From Paludisphaera sp. (GTDB lineage: Bacteria; Planctomycetota; Planctomycetia; Isosphaerales; Isosphaeraceae), in assembly GCF_037189885.1 (NCBI RefSeq), contig NZ_JBBCIR010000007.1, positions 70,218 through 134,217 of the forward strand: a DNA stretch of 64,000 nt. Reading direction: 5' to 3'. This document shows positions 45,919 to 55,695 of the stretch, one piece after another (position 1 is the stretch's first letter; every line of letters starts with the position of its first letter). The notes beneath the pieces are model-generated. The model had not been told where the DNA came from. It searched no databases and saw only the letters and a program-made list of their open reading frames with translations. The translations under genes and the position numbers were made by a program.

Positions 45919-47806
45919 CAAGCCACGGGTCGGCGAACTTCGGCCCAGCCAGATGCTCACGACGTTCGGAGTCGGCTCGGTCGTCGATCTGCCGCATCTC
46001 TCGGTCATGGTCATGGGGCTGGAAGACTGGCCCATCAGCGACTTCCGAGAGTTGACCGAGGAGCGGCTCCTGGCGTCGATGCGCAACGTCCTCGGGGCGC
46101 AGGTCAACGCCCTCCGTTCCCCGCCGATCGTGCCCGACACGGACCGCACGAACCCGTTCGAGGAGCAGTCGTACGTGGGGGTGCCGGTGGCCCCGTTCCC
46201 CCGGTGGATGCTCTGCCCCCGCTGCCGCCGCCTGGCCCCGCTGAGCAGCAACCAGTTCGCCCTGAAGCCGGACCCCTATCGGCCCGACCGGGTGAAATAC
46301 GTCCACGAGAATTGCCGCTACCCCGGCAAGCTCCCCACCGCCGTCCCGGCCCGCTTCGTGGTGGCCTGCAAGAACGGCCACCTCGACGACTTCCCCTGGG
46401 TGAACTTCGTCCACGGGGGCGGCCCGCCGGACCACCCCTACAAGCTCCAACTCCTGGAGGTGGGGCCGTCCGGGGAGGCGGCGGACATCTACGTCCGCTG
46501 CGAGACCTGCAACACGTCCCGCCCCATGTCGGACGCCTTCAAGCTCCACGACGGCGACCTGCCCGCCTGCCGGGGGCGGCGGCCCCACCTACGGGACTTC
46601 GACGAGGACGGCTGCAAGGACGAGCAGGGCCAGCCGATCCGGGTCCGGGCGATGACGCAGGGGGCCTCCAACACATGGTTCCCGATCCTGCTCTCGGCCC
46701 TCTCGATCCCGCAAAGCTCGAACCTGCTCAAGCAACTCGTGGTCGACCGCTGGAGCGACCTCTACGACATCGAGGGCGAGGGGGACATCGCCAAGCTGCG
46801 CCGTCGCAACCTCCTGCGGGACTTCTCCGACTTCCCGGACGCCGACCTGTGGGCGGCGATCCGGGAGCGGCAGATGGGGAGCGAAGAGGCGACGGTCGAG
46901 GACGTGGCCGACCTGAAAACCCCGGAATGGCAAATCTTCTCCAATCCCGACGGTGCCCAGAGGACGAACGACTTCCGGCTCCGGCAGGTCTCGGCCCCTC
47001 GCCGCTTCGCCGGATTCTTCGAGAAGGTCGTGCTGGTCGAGCGGGTGCGTGAGGTGCGGGCCTTGATCGGCTTCACCCGGATCGAGTCGCCCGGCGATTA
47101 CGAGAGCCCGGCGGACTTCCCCGAGGCCCAGCGGATGCGAGTCGCCCGAGGCAAGACGACCTGGGTCCCGGCCGGCGAGATCCGGGGCGAGGGGATCTTC
47201 TTTCAATTCTCCGAGACGGAGGTGGAGGGCTGGCTCGCACGGGTCCAGCGTCTCAACATGGAGTTCTTCGCCGCCCACAAGCAGTGGAGGACGGGCCGTG
47301 GCCTGACGCCGCCCGAGGAGGGCTTCCCCGGCCTGCGGTTCGTGCTCCTGCACTCGTTCGCCCACGCCCTGATCCGGCAGCTTTCGCTGGAGTCCGGATA
47401 CACGGCGGCCTCGCTCCGGGAGCGGATCTACTCCCGGAATCCGGGAACCGACCGCCCCGAGATGGCGGGCGTGCTGATCTACACCGGGGCTCCCGACAGC
47501 GAGGGGACGCTCGGCGGCCTGGTGTCGCTCGGGGAACCGGCGGTCCTGGAACGTCACCTGAGGCAGGCGTTGGACTCGATGCGGCTCTGCTCCAGCGACC
47601 CCCTGTGCGCCGAGCACCATCCGGGCAAGGAAGGTACGTCGCTGCACGGGGCGTCGTGCCACGCCTGCCTGTTCGCCTCGGAGACCTCGTGCGAGCGGGG
47701 GAACAAGTATTTGGACCGCACGGTTTTGGTGCCGACGGTGGACCGGGAACAGTTCGCCTTCTTCCGGGATAGTCAAGGAGCCCCGAGCGGCTCTTCCTCT
47801 TGCTGA
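45902..47806 (+). CDS. drmB: DISARM DUF1998 protein DrmB
   Basis: GELRPSQMLTTFGVG, PARFVVACKNGHLDDFPW, LLHSFAHALIR, GTLGGL and the Cys cluster CSSDPLC...HGASCHACLFASETSCERGN. Confidence 0.93.
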   Translation: MNKGRDKPRVGELRPSQMLTTFGVGSVVDLPHLSVMVMGLEDWPISDFRELTEERLLASMRNVLGAQVNALRSPPIVPDTDRTNPFEEQSYVGVPVAPFPRWMLCPRCRRLAPLSSNQFALKPDPYRPDRVKYVHENCRYPGKLPTAVPARFVVACKNGHLDDFPWVNFVHGGGPPDHPYKLQLLEVGPSGEAADIYVRCETCNTSRPMSDAFKLHDGDLPACRGRRPHLRDFDEDGCKDEQGQPIRVRAMTQGASNTWFPILLSALSIPQSSNLLKQLVVDRWSDLYDIEGEGDIAKLRRRNLLRDFSDFPDADLWAAIRERQMGSEEATVEDVADLKTPEWQIFSNPDGAQRTNDFRLRQVSAPRRFAGFFEKVVLVERVREVRALIGFTRIESPGDYESPADFPEAQRMRVARGKTTWVPAGEIRGEGIFFQFSETEVEGWLARVQRLNMEFFAAHKQWRTGRGLTPPEEGFPGLRFVLLHSFAHALIRQLSLESGYTAASLRERIYSRNPGTDRPEMAGVLIYTGAPDSEGTLGGLVSLGEPAVLERHLRQALDSMRLCSSDPLCAEHHPGKEGTSLHGASCHACLFASETSCERGNKYLDRTVLVPTVDREQFAFFRDSQGAPSGSSSC

Positions 47807-47816
47807 GCGAATCGCC

Positions 47817-48605
47817 ATGGCCGCCACCCCAGCCCTCATCGAGGCCGTGACGAAGCTCGCCTGCGGCGTGCCGGTCGATGTCGTCGATCGGGTGGCCCAG
47901 GTCATCTCGGCGTGCGACCCCGCCGAGGCCCGGCGGCGGATCGCCGACGCCGTGCCCCATGCTCGCCACCGCAGCCTGGCCCTTGGGTTCCTCGACGCCT
48001 GGCTCGCCGAGGGACCGGGCGTCACGGCGGCCGAGGTGTCCATCTCCCTCCAGACGGCGGCCCACCTCAACCGCCGGAGGGGTCGGGAGCAGTCGGTCGA
48101 GTTGGCGTGGACCGGCCCACGATGCCGGTCGATCCCGCACCGCCACACCGAGCAGGCGATCCTCCAGGTGCTCGACTCTGCGAGGTCCCGCCTCCTCCTA
48201 GTCAGCTACGCCGTCTACTCGATCCCGAACATCCGAGATGCCGTCGTCCGGGCCGCCCGGCGGGGCGTCGTGATCGAGGTCGTGGTCGAGACGCCCGACC
48301 GGCTCGAAGGGCACGGCACGTACAGCACGCTCCAGGCCCTCGGCGAGGACGTGGCCGCCTGCTCGAAGGTCTACGTCTGGCCCAGTGAGGAGAGGGGCCG
48401 GAGCGGGGGCAAGCCCGGCATCCTGCACGTCAAGTGCGTCGTGGCCGACGGTCGCTGGCTGTTCCTCTCCTCGGCGAACCTGACGGAGTACGCCTTCACC
48501 GTCAACATGGAGCTTGGCCTCCTCTTGACGGGGGGATGCCTGCCGGGCCAGGTCGAGGGCCTCTTCGATCGGCTGATCGAGGACGGGATTCTGGTCAAGG
48601 CGTGA
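47817..48605 (+). CDS. drmC: DISARM phospholipase D-family nuclease DrmC
   Basis: VELAWTGP, LLVSYAVY, HxKxxxxD motif LHVKCVVAD, SSANLT and NMELG. Confidence 0.92.
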   Translation: MAATPALIEAVTKLACGVPVDVVDRVAQVISACDPAEARRRIADAVPHARHRSLALGFLDAWLAEGPGVTAAEVSISLQTAAHLNRRRGREQSVELAWTGPRCRSIPHRHTEQAILQVLDSARSRLLLVSYAVYSIPNIRDAVVRAARRGVVIEVVVETPDRLEGHGTYSTLQALGEDVAACSKVYVWPSEERGRSGGKPGILHVKCVVADGRWLFLSSANLTEYAFTVNMELGLLLTGGCLPGQVEGLFDRLIEDGILVKA

Positions 48606-48679
48606 AGCCCGGAAGGAACAATCAGGCTGGTCAAGGATTTGCGACGTCAGCAAGACGGCCGATAGGCGGACCTTTGCCA

Positions 48680-50983
48680 ATGCTCGACGACCGGATCAAA
48701 TCTCGCATCCTGGACGACCACAGGCGGCTGACCGCCGACGGGAAGCTCTTCCCGAGGCCGAAGCTCGACGAGTTCTACAAGAACTTCCGCTCCCGGTTCG
48801 GCCCAGACCAGTTGGCGGGCCTCGACGGCGAGCGTCTGCTCGAAGCCATGCACGGCCACGGCGGCAAGGACAGCATGGTCTACTGGCTGGAGTTCAAGAA
48901 CGACGACGAGTTCCCCGGACGCTTCGGCAGCATCGCCGGGGGCAGCGCCTTCAAGTTCGGCATCTTCCGCAGCAAGGAGACCGGGACCTGGGTGACGGGC
49001 TCCCCGACCAAGGTCGTCGAGTTGTCGGTCCCCCAGGCCGTCGAGGTCGCCCGCAAGCACCGGGACCAACTGATCCGGGGGACCGAGCGGCTCGGCGGGC
49101 TCCCCGACCTCGCCGACGACGCCGAGTACCGGGGCCTCCAGGAAGACCTCGGGCGGATCGCCCCGTCGGTCAACGACCTGGCCTGGGGCCACAAATACTT
49201 CTCCCTGATGCACCCTGAGAAGCTCGACGACTATCACAACCCCGACTACCAGCGGTTCCACCTCGTCAAGATGCTCCAGGTCCCTCCCGAGGGCGAGGGC
49301 CGCTACCTCTGCGCCGGTCGCTTCGTGGCCGCCGCCCACGAACTCGGCATCCCGATCAATCACCTGACGACGACCCTCAATCACCACGACGGGGAGCCGC
49401 ACGCCTACTGGCGGGTCGGCACATCCGACGGGACGCAGCCGAGGAATCGCTGGCCGTTCATGCGGGACGGGTCCTGCGTGGCGATCGGCTGGCCCGACCT
49501 GGGCGACCTGTCCAATTTCGAGAAGGACGCCGCCTCCAAGGAGAGGCTGGTCAATCTGCTCGGCGAGCGCTATCCCGGCACCCCGCAGCAGGTCGGGAGG
49601 GCGGCCGCCCAGGTCCTCAACTTCGCCAGGGGGATCGCCGAGGGCGACGTCGTCCTCGCCTGCGACGGCCAGTCCGTCCTGGGCGTCGGTCGTATCGTCG
49701 GGGCGTACGCCCACGATCCCGCCTCCGACTTCCCCCACCGCCGGGCAGTCGAGTGGCTCTCGCTGGACGAGTGGAGGATGCCCGAGCCCGAGGGGCTCCA
49801 GACGACCGTCCACCGGCTCAGGAAGGCCCCGGCCAACCTCGTCGAGGCCGAGGAGCGTTCGCTCGACGGCCCTGTCGTCGCCCGGCCCCCGATCACGGTG
49901 CCGAACAAGACGGGCGGCGGGTCCGTGCCCCGCCCCGTGGGAGTTCCCGGTCGCATCCAGGCCGTGCTCGAACGCAAGGGCCAGGCGATCCTCTACGGGC
50001 CTCCGGGCACCGGCAAGACGTACTGGGCCGAGCGGACGGCGCTCGACCTCGCCTCATACTCGCTGGGCGGGAAGCCCTTCCACGGGCTGTCGGACGGCGA
50101 GAAGGCCGAGGTGGCGGGCGGACTCAATGCTGTGGGGGCCGTCCGCATGGTGAGCTTCCACCCGGCCTACGGCTACGAGGACTTCATCGAGGGCTACCGC
50201 CCCAAATTGCACGAGGGGCGGATGACTTTCGTCCTCCGGGACGGGATCTTCAAGCTGCTATGCCGGGACGCCGAGGCCCGGCCCGATCGCCCCTTCGTCC
50301 TGATCATCGACGAAATCAACCGGGGCGACATCCCACGCATCTTCGGCGAACTGCTGACCGTCATCGAGAAGGACAAGCGGGGCAAGTCGGTCATCCTGCC
50401 GCTGAGCCGGGCGGCCTTCCGGGTGCCCCCGAACGTCCTCCTCATCGGGACGATGAACACGGCGGACCGCTCGGTCGCCCTTCTCGACACCGCCCTGCGG
50501 CGTCGGTTCGGGTTCGTCGAGTTGATGCCGGACGTCACGCTCCTGGAGGGGACGGCGGTCGCCGACATCCCGCTGGGTCCCTGGCTGGAGGCGCTCAACC
50601 GCCGGATCTGCGAGCACGTCGGGCGGGACGCCCGCAACCTCCAGGTCGGCCACTCGTTCCTCATGGAGGCGGGCAGGCCCGTCCGGGATGCCGCCCGGTT
50701 CTTCCGGGTCGTCCGGGACGAGATCATCCCGCTGCTGGAGGAGTATTGCTACGAGGACTTCGACGCCCTTCACGCCATCCTTGGGGGCGGGTTGGTCGAT
50801 CTCCCGAACCGGGCGGTCCGCCACGACTTGTTCGAGGAGCCGACGGGGCCGGAACTCGTCCAGGCGCTCCTGGCCCCGTGCCCCGAGGTGCTGACCTCGC
50901 TCAAGGCCGTGACGAGTCTCGGGGAGGGCGAGGCCGAGATCGACGAGGGCGAGGAGGAGCCCGATGCGGGGTCGCCGTCGTGA
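48680..50983 (+). CDS. mcrB: McrB-family AAA+ GTPase with composite N-terminal recognition region
   Basis: ILYGPPGTGKT, VSFHPAYGYEDFIEG, IIDEINRG, MNTADRS and ALRRRF. The N-terminal region includes an EVE/PUA-like segment (VAIGW...GDVVL...LGVGRIVG...HRRAVEW). Confidence 0.92.
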   Translation: MLDDRIKSRILDDHRRLTADGKLFPRPKLDEFYKNFRSRFGPDQLAGLDGERLLEAMHGHGGKDSMVYWLEFKNDDEFPGRFGSIAGGSAFKFGIFRSKETGTWVTGSPTKVVELSVPQAVEVARKHRDQLIRGTERLGGLPDLADDAEYRGLQEDLGRIAPSVNDLAWGHKYFSLMHPEKLDDYHNPDYQRFHLVKMLQVPPEGEGRYLCAGRFVAAAHELGIPINHLTTTLNHHDGEPHAYWRVGTSDGTQPRNRWPFMRDGSCVAIGWPDLGDLSNFEKDAASKERLVNLLGERYPGTPQQVGRAAAQVLNFARGIAEGDVVLACDGQSVLGVGRIVGAYAHDPASDFPHRRAVEWLSLDEWRMPEPEGLQTTVHRLRKAPANLVEAEERSLDGPVVARPPITVPNKTGGGSVPRPVGVPGRIQAVLERKGQAILYGPPGTGKTYWAERTALDLASYSLGGKPFHGLSDGEKAEVAGGLNAVGAVRMVSFHPAYGYEDFIEGYRPKLHEGRMTFVLRDGIFKLLCRDAEARPDRPFVLIIDEINRGDIPRIFGELLTVIEKDKRGKSVILPLSRAAFRVPPNVLLIGTMNTADRSVALLDTALRRRFGFVELMPDVTLLEGTAVADIPLGPWLEALNRRICEHVGRDARNLQVGHSFLMEAGRPVRDAARFFRVVRDEIIPLLEEYCYEDFDALHAILGGGLVDLPNRAVRHDLFEEPTGPELVQALLAPCPEVLTSLKAVTSLGEGEAEIDEGEEEPDAGSPS

Positions 50984-52281
50984 CGGGCCACGCCCTCCGG
51001 CTCGCCGAGTGGCGTACGATCCCCCCCGATCCGGGGAGCCCGACGGAGGGCGTCAGCCTCGGGGATGAGCCCTCCGTGCGAGAGACCGCCCGCCGCCTGA
51101 CCGAGAGCGGCATGCTGGAGGTCCAGGAACTTCGCACGGGCTTGTCCGTGCGTTCGACTTCCTTCGTCGGGCGGGTGCGACTTGGGGCGATCGACGTCAC
51201 GATCGTCCCCAAGCTGCGGACCGTGGCCCTGCTGAGGCTGCTCCGCTACGCCTACGGGCTGCGGGACCTCCACCTCCTCCCCACCGCCGCCCACGCCACG
51301 CAGGACTTCGGCTTCCAGGACCTCCTGATCTCTCAGTTGGCCGAGGAGGCGCAGGAACTCGTGGCGAGTGGCCTCCGGCGGGGATACCTGCGGCGGGATG
51401 AGGACTTGGCCTCGCCCCGAGGTCGCATCGATTTCCGGGCGTTGGCCGGTCGGGGTGCCCTCGTGGAGGCGACCCTGCCGTGCGCCCACCACCGCCGTGA
51501 TGAAGATCGGCTGATCAACCGGGTCCTGCTGGCGGGCCTTCGACTGGCGGCATCTCTAGCCGGAGACCGAGGGCTGCGGTCCAGGCTCGGGCGGCTCGGC
51601 GACCGGCTCGGCGAGACGGTCACATCGGTCCGGCTCGACCGCCAGGTGTTCGTGCGACTGGAGGCCGAGATGGACCGCACGACCGGGGCCTACGAGCCCG
51701 CCGTCTCGATCATCCGCATCCTCCAGGAGGGCGGCGGCCTCTCCCTGGATGAGGGCGAGGCCGGGCCACCTTTGCCCGGCTTCCTCTTCGACATGAACCG
51801 ATTCTTCCAGGCGTTGCTGGGGAAGTTCCTGGCGGACAATCTGCCGGAATATACGGTCCGCCCCGAACATCGACTCAAGGGCATGCTCGCCTACGTCCCC
51901 GGCTGGAACCCCCGGCACGCCCAGGCCCCGACGCCCCGACCGGATTTCGTGGTGACTCAAGGGGCGAACGTCGTGGCGGTCCTGGATGCGAAGTATCGGG
52001 ACCTCTGGGAGAACCCGCTGCCCAGGGACATGCTCTACCAGCTTGCGATGTATGCGATGGGCCACGAGGGCGGGACGGCCACCATCCTCTATCCGACAGC
52101 CCACGCCCAGGCGACTGAGGCCCGGATCGAAGTGAGGGACCCAGTGAACGCAGGGAGGAGAGCACTCGTCGCCCTGCGGGCGGTCGATCTGGAGGAACTC
52201 GAAGGGCTCGTGTCGGCCAAGCCGACGGCCTCGATCCTCCGGCAGAGGATTACCTTTGCCCATCGACTCGCCTTCGGATAA
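50980..52281 (+). CDS. mcrC: McrC-family PD-(D/E)xK nuclease subunit
   Basis: SFVGRV, PRGRIDF, NRVL, LFDMNRFFQ, RPDFVV...VLDAKYR and MLYQLAMY. GTGA overlap with mcrB. Confidence 0.9.
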   Translation: MTGHALRLAEWRTIPPDPGSPTEGVSLGDEPSVRETARRLTESGMLEVQELRTGLSVRSTSFVGRVRLGAIDVTIVPKLRTVALLRLLRYAYGLRDLHLLPTAAHATQDFGFQDLLISQLAEEAQELVASGLRRGYLRRDEDLASPRGRIDFRALAGRGALVEATLPCAHHRRDEDRLINRVLLAGLRLAASLAGDRGLRSRLGRLGDRLGETVTSVRLDRQVFVRLEAEMDRTTGAYEPAVSIIRILQEGGGLSLDEGEAGPPLPGFLFDMNRFFQALLGKFLADNLPEYTVRPEHRLKGMLAYVPGWNPRHAQAPTPRPDFVVTQGANVVAVLDAKYRDLWENPLPRDMLYQLAMYAMGHEGGTATILYPTAHAQATEARIEVRDPVNAGRRALVALRAVDLEELEGLVSAKPTASILRQRITFAHRLAFG

Positions 52282-52366
52282 GAGAACCAAGGTGGCTTAC
52301 GATAGTGGACGGTCAGGGTCCGGTGAATCCGTGGGCTTCGAGCCGTTTAACAACCGAGGCCGGGCG

Positions 52367-53476
52367 ATGTTGAAGCTCCCCGTGATGACGCCCCACACGG
52401 CGGCGAAGCACCTCCTCCTGAAGCGGTATCTCGATCGCTGGTTCCCGATCCTCGGCAAGGGCGACAGGTCGATCAACTACATCGACGGCTTCGCCGGCCC
52501 CGGCGAGTACCAGGACGGGGAGGAGGGATCGCCCCAGGTCGCCATCGGGGCGGCCAAGGCCCACGTCGACCGGGGGACGCTCGCCCCGGACGTCCAGATC
52601 GACTTCACCTTCGTCGAGGCCGACCCCCATTCCGCCGAGAACCTCCGATCCAAGCTCTCGGCCCTGACCTTGCCGCCCTCCTTCACCTGGAGCGTTGTCC
52701 CCGGCGAGTTCGCCGAGGTCATCGGGGCCGAACTCGACCAGATCGAGAGGTCGGGGACGGCACTCGCACCGACCTTCGCCTTCGTGGACCCGTTCGGGTT
52801 CAGCGGCATCCCCCTGGACCTGATGGCCCGAATCCTCCGCTACCCGAAGTGCGAGGTCTTCGTCAACGTGATGGTCGAGTTCATCAATCGCTTCCTCGAA
52901 CACCCGAACGAGCAGGTCGTCGCCCACTTCCCGCAGACCTTCGGGACCGACGAGGTGCTGGAGATCCCGAGTCGTCTGGGGGACCGGGTGGCGGCGATCC
53001 TGGCTCTGTACCGCAGCCAACTGGGGACGCTGGCGAGGTACGTCGGTCGGTTCGACATGCACGGCAGGCGGGACCGGAAGACCTATTCGCTCTTCTTCGC
53101 CTCGAACCACCCGAGGGGCTTCGAGAAGATGAAGGAGGCGATGTGGTCGGTGGACAAGGCCCAGGGGTCGAGGTTCTCGGACGCCGACCCCGGCGAGTCC
53201 TACGCCTTCGAGTTGTTCCCCTTCTGGCCGCTCTGGGACCAATTGCTCGCCCGGTTCGCCGGGCAGCGGGTCCCCATGGAGGACGTCGAGCGGTTCGTGG
53301 TCGAGGAGACCGATTTCCTGCCGACGCACGCCCGCACCATCTTCAAGGAATGCGAGCGGAAGGGCGATCTGGTTGCCGAGTCTGCGCCCGGATATCGCCG
53401 ACCGCCGGGGACGTACAAGTCGGACCGGGTGTTCATCGGGTTCCCGAGTCGGGACGTGAGGCGGGGGCTCTTCTAA
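52367..53476 (+). CDS. tcmP: Three-Cys-motif partner protein TcmP (SAM-binding fold)
   Basis: HTAAKHLLLKRYL, YIDGFAGPGEY, TFAFVDPFG, EVFVNVM, YSLFFASNHPRGFEKMKEAMW; adjacent to a DUF5131 gene. Confidence 0.85.
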   Translation: MLKLPVMTPHTAAKHLLLKRYLDRWFPILGKGDRSINYIDGFAGPGEYQDGEEGSPQVAIGAAKAHVDRGTLAPDVQIDFTFVEADPHSAENLRSKLSALTLPPSFTWSVVPGEFAEVIGAELDQIERSGTALAPTFAFVDPFGFSGIPLDLMARILRYPKCEVFVNVMVEFINRFLEHPNEQVVAHFPQTFGTDEVLEIPSRLGDRVAAILALYRSQLGTLARYVGRFDMHGRRDRKTYSLFFASNHPRGFEKMKEAMWSVDKAQGSRFSDADPGESYAFELFPFWPLWDQLLARFAGQRVPMEDVERFVVEETDFLPTHARTIFKECERKGDLVAESAPGYRRPPGTYKSDRVFIGFPSRDVRRGLF

Positions 53477-53571
53477 ACCGGCGGTCGAGGCCCAGGGAGC
53501 CCTCCGTCCAGTGGTGGCTTCCCGGCATGCCGCCGATGGGGCCGCCGGGTTCGGGGCGATACGGAGATCGC

Positions 53572-54588
53572 CTATCCATCGACATCCCGCCTCGCCCGCC
53601 GGGTCGCCCATGCCTTGAGGGCCGCCTCACGACGCTTGTCGGCCCGCCCGTCGGGTCCTCGGGTCGAGGGTCCGCTCGTGTCCACCTCCGGGTGGTCCTC
53701 TCGGGACCCCCAACTCCGATCCTGAGCGGACCAGTCGGCCTGGTCGATCGCCGGCCCGATGGGCATCTCCCGCACCCGTAGCTCCTCCGGCCACTCCGAC
53801 CAGTCCCCGGCGTGGCCGTCCTCGAACGACATGCGTCGGCCGTCCCGGACGACCACCGAGCCGAGTTGCTTGAGGAAGTAGCTCACGCCCTCGGCCCGGC
53901 AGAGCCCGATCAGGTCCACGGCCCAGGCCATGTCGAAGGGGCGTGCCTGCCGGCCCGACTCGCCGCCCTGGATCACCCAGTCGAGCTTCGGCAGCCAACG
54001 TCTCAGGTCGATGGGCTCGACCTGAGGCTCGACCGAGAGGAAGCGTGTCGTCCGGGGCGTGCCGACCTTGAGAAGGTTCTTGATCCGGCTGGTCGTCGCC
54101 TGGGTGGTGATGCTGGTCCCGGCCCAGAGGTTGTCCGGCCACTCGATCCCCCGATCCCGGAGCCAGGACGAGAACTGGGCCATCCGCTCGGGACGCTTCG
54201 TCAGCCAGAGCCAGCGATGACGCCGCCCAGGGCCATCGGCGACGTTGGCGACGATCTCGTCATGCAGGTACTCGAACTCCACCGACGAGGACAAGGAGTC
54301 GCTCATGTCCGAAACGAAAACGGTGCGGGGCAGCCCGTCGAGCCAGGGCTTGTCGGGGCGGCGCTTGCCCGTGAGGTCGGAGTAAGAGGCGGCCTGGGCC
54401 ATGCGGCCCGGAAACATCGTGACCTCCTCGAAGGTCGGAGCATAGCCCTGGGTCACGCCCCCGAAGCGAGCATGGAGCGTCCCGGCGTAGCACGAACGCC
54501 GGAGCGAGCCCCATATCTCGCATCCGTCGCACCCCATGGTGGGATTCACGGTGCTGTCGCACCATTGGATTTTCGTCTTCACGGCCAT
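53572..54588 (-). CDS. DUF5131 (phage Gp37/Gp68-like) protein
   Basis: TKIQWCDSTVNPTMGCDGC...CYA, FVSDMSD, LWLTKRP, NLWAGTS, FLSVEP, DWVIQGGESG and FLKQLG. ATG 54588 follows GGAG. Confidence 0.88.
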   Translation of the reverse strand: MAVKTKIQWCDSTVNPTMGCDGCEIWGSLRRSCYAGTLHARFGGVTQGYAPTFEEVTMFPGRMAQAASYSDLTGKRRPDKPWLDGLPRTVFVSDMSDSLSSSVEFEYLHDEIVANVADGPGRRHRWLWLTKRPERMAQFSSWLRDRGIEWPDNLWAGTSITTQATTSRIKNLLKVGTPRTTRFLSVEPQVEPIDLRRWLPKLDWVIQGGESGRQARPFDMAWAVDLIGLCRAEGVSYFLKQLGSVVVRDGRRMSFEDGHAGDWSEWPEELRVREMPIGPAIDQADWSAQDRSWGSREDHPEVDTSGPSTRGPDGRADKRREAALKAWATRRARRDVDG

Positions 54589-54792
54589 ATCGAGAACTCC
54601 TCGTCGCAGTGTACTTTGCGCTAGTGGGATGCGAAAGAGACGAAGCCTTGCTTCGACTTTGCCGGCGAACGGCGTGATCTTGGTCACGATCAGCTTTCGG
54701 GAACGACCCGTCGGTCGGGCTCTCGGAAGCACGAGCGAAATGAGAGGGACGGACGGTGGATGGAATCGATATCCGACCCGCCGCCCTCGGAA

Positions 54793-55659
54793 TCAGGAGA
54801 GGATGCTCTGGACCTCGCCGTCCGGGCCGTCGTCGGCGTGTACCATGTAGCTGTGGACGAAGATCCGCTTCCTCTGCGAGCGGCCCGGCCCGTACGGCTG
54901 CATCTTCCAGTGGCCACGACGCCGGTGCCTCCTCTGGCGATGACCGGCAAGCCCATCGATGCCGTCCGTCGCAGGGCTCGTGGCACGGAGGATCAGGTCG
55001 AGATCCTGGATGACGACTTCCTGGGCGTCACGGGCGGCGAGCCGGGCCATGCGGCCGTCATGATGGGACTTGCGCCGTCGTTTCTCGGCTCGGGCGTCCA
55101 GGGGGAGGATTCGCACGCCACGCTCGACGGCGAAGAGGCAGAGGTTGATGACGATCCTTGCGACCGAGACTACTTTCTGGAATTCGACGGCACCGGGTCG
55201 TTCCTCCCCTTCGATGAAGACGCTCTCCGAGAGACTCTTTTCGATCGTCTCGCCGGGGGGAGAATTGATCTGCAATTGCGTCGTGTTCGTCACGCCGTGG
55301 TGCCCCGCTCTTGGCTCGTCGAAGAGGATGATATGGATGGGGCAGCCGGGCATCCAGGTGCTCGTCGCAATACGATCCTTGGAGCCGTCGAAGAGCGTCC
55401 CCGGCAGGATGACGCCGAGACCGTCATAGGGCTGGGCGTACTTATTCGCATCGATTCGGAGTTGAACATTCTTCAGCACGTCGCAAAGCCGTGCCGACGG
55501 CCTCATGACCTTCGCCCCGCCTTCGAGCATCAAGGCTGTGCAAAACAAGGTCGTCCGCTCATGCTTGGCGAGAGCGAGGCGTCCCAAAGTCATCGGGTCC
55601 CGGTTAAGGGCCGTGGCGAGATCGATCAGATCGGCAGGCATGTATTCCGTCAGATTCAA
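54793..55659 (-). CDS. Hypothetical phage-like protein with C-terminal HRRRGHW motif
   Basis: 288-aa ORF in the co-directional minus-strand cluster; C-terminus RRHRRRGHWKMQPYGPGRSQRKRIFVHSY. Confidence 0.7.
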   Translation of the reverse strand: MNLTEYMPADLIDLATALNRDPMTLGRLALAKHERTTLFCTALMLEGGAKVMRPSARLCDVLKNVQLRIDANKYAQPYDGLGVILPGTLFDGSKDRIATSTWMPGCPIHIILFDEPRAGHHGVTNTTQLQINSPPGETIEKSLSESVFIEGEERPGAVEFQKVVSVARIVINLCLFAVERGVRILPLDARAEKRRRKSHHDGRMARLAARDAQEVVIQDLDLILRATSPATDGIDGLAGHRQRRHRRRGHWKMQPYGPGRSQRKRIFVHSYMVHADDGPDGEVQSILS

Positions 55660-55695
55660 GGCGTCGGCCCTCTCTAGGTCGGTAGTTGAAGGTCG

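Noticed and set aside
30686-48605. BREX or a simple type III/IIG R-M interpretation of the helicase-methylase cluster
   Set aside because: No PglZ, BrxC or BrxL-like genes are seen. The SNF2 + MTase + helicase + DUF1998 + PLD set and order match class I DISARM.
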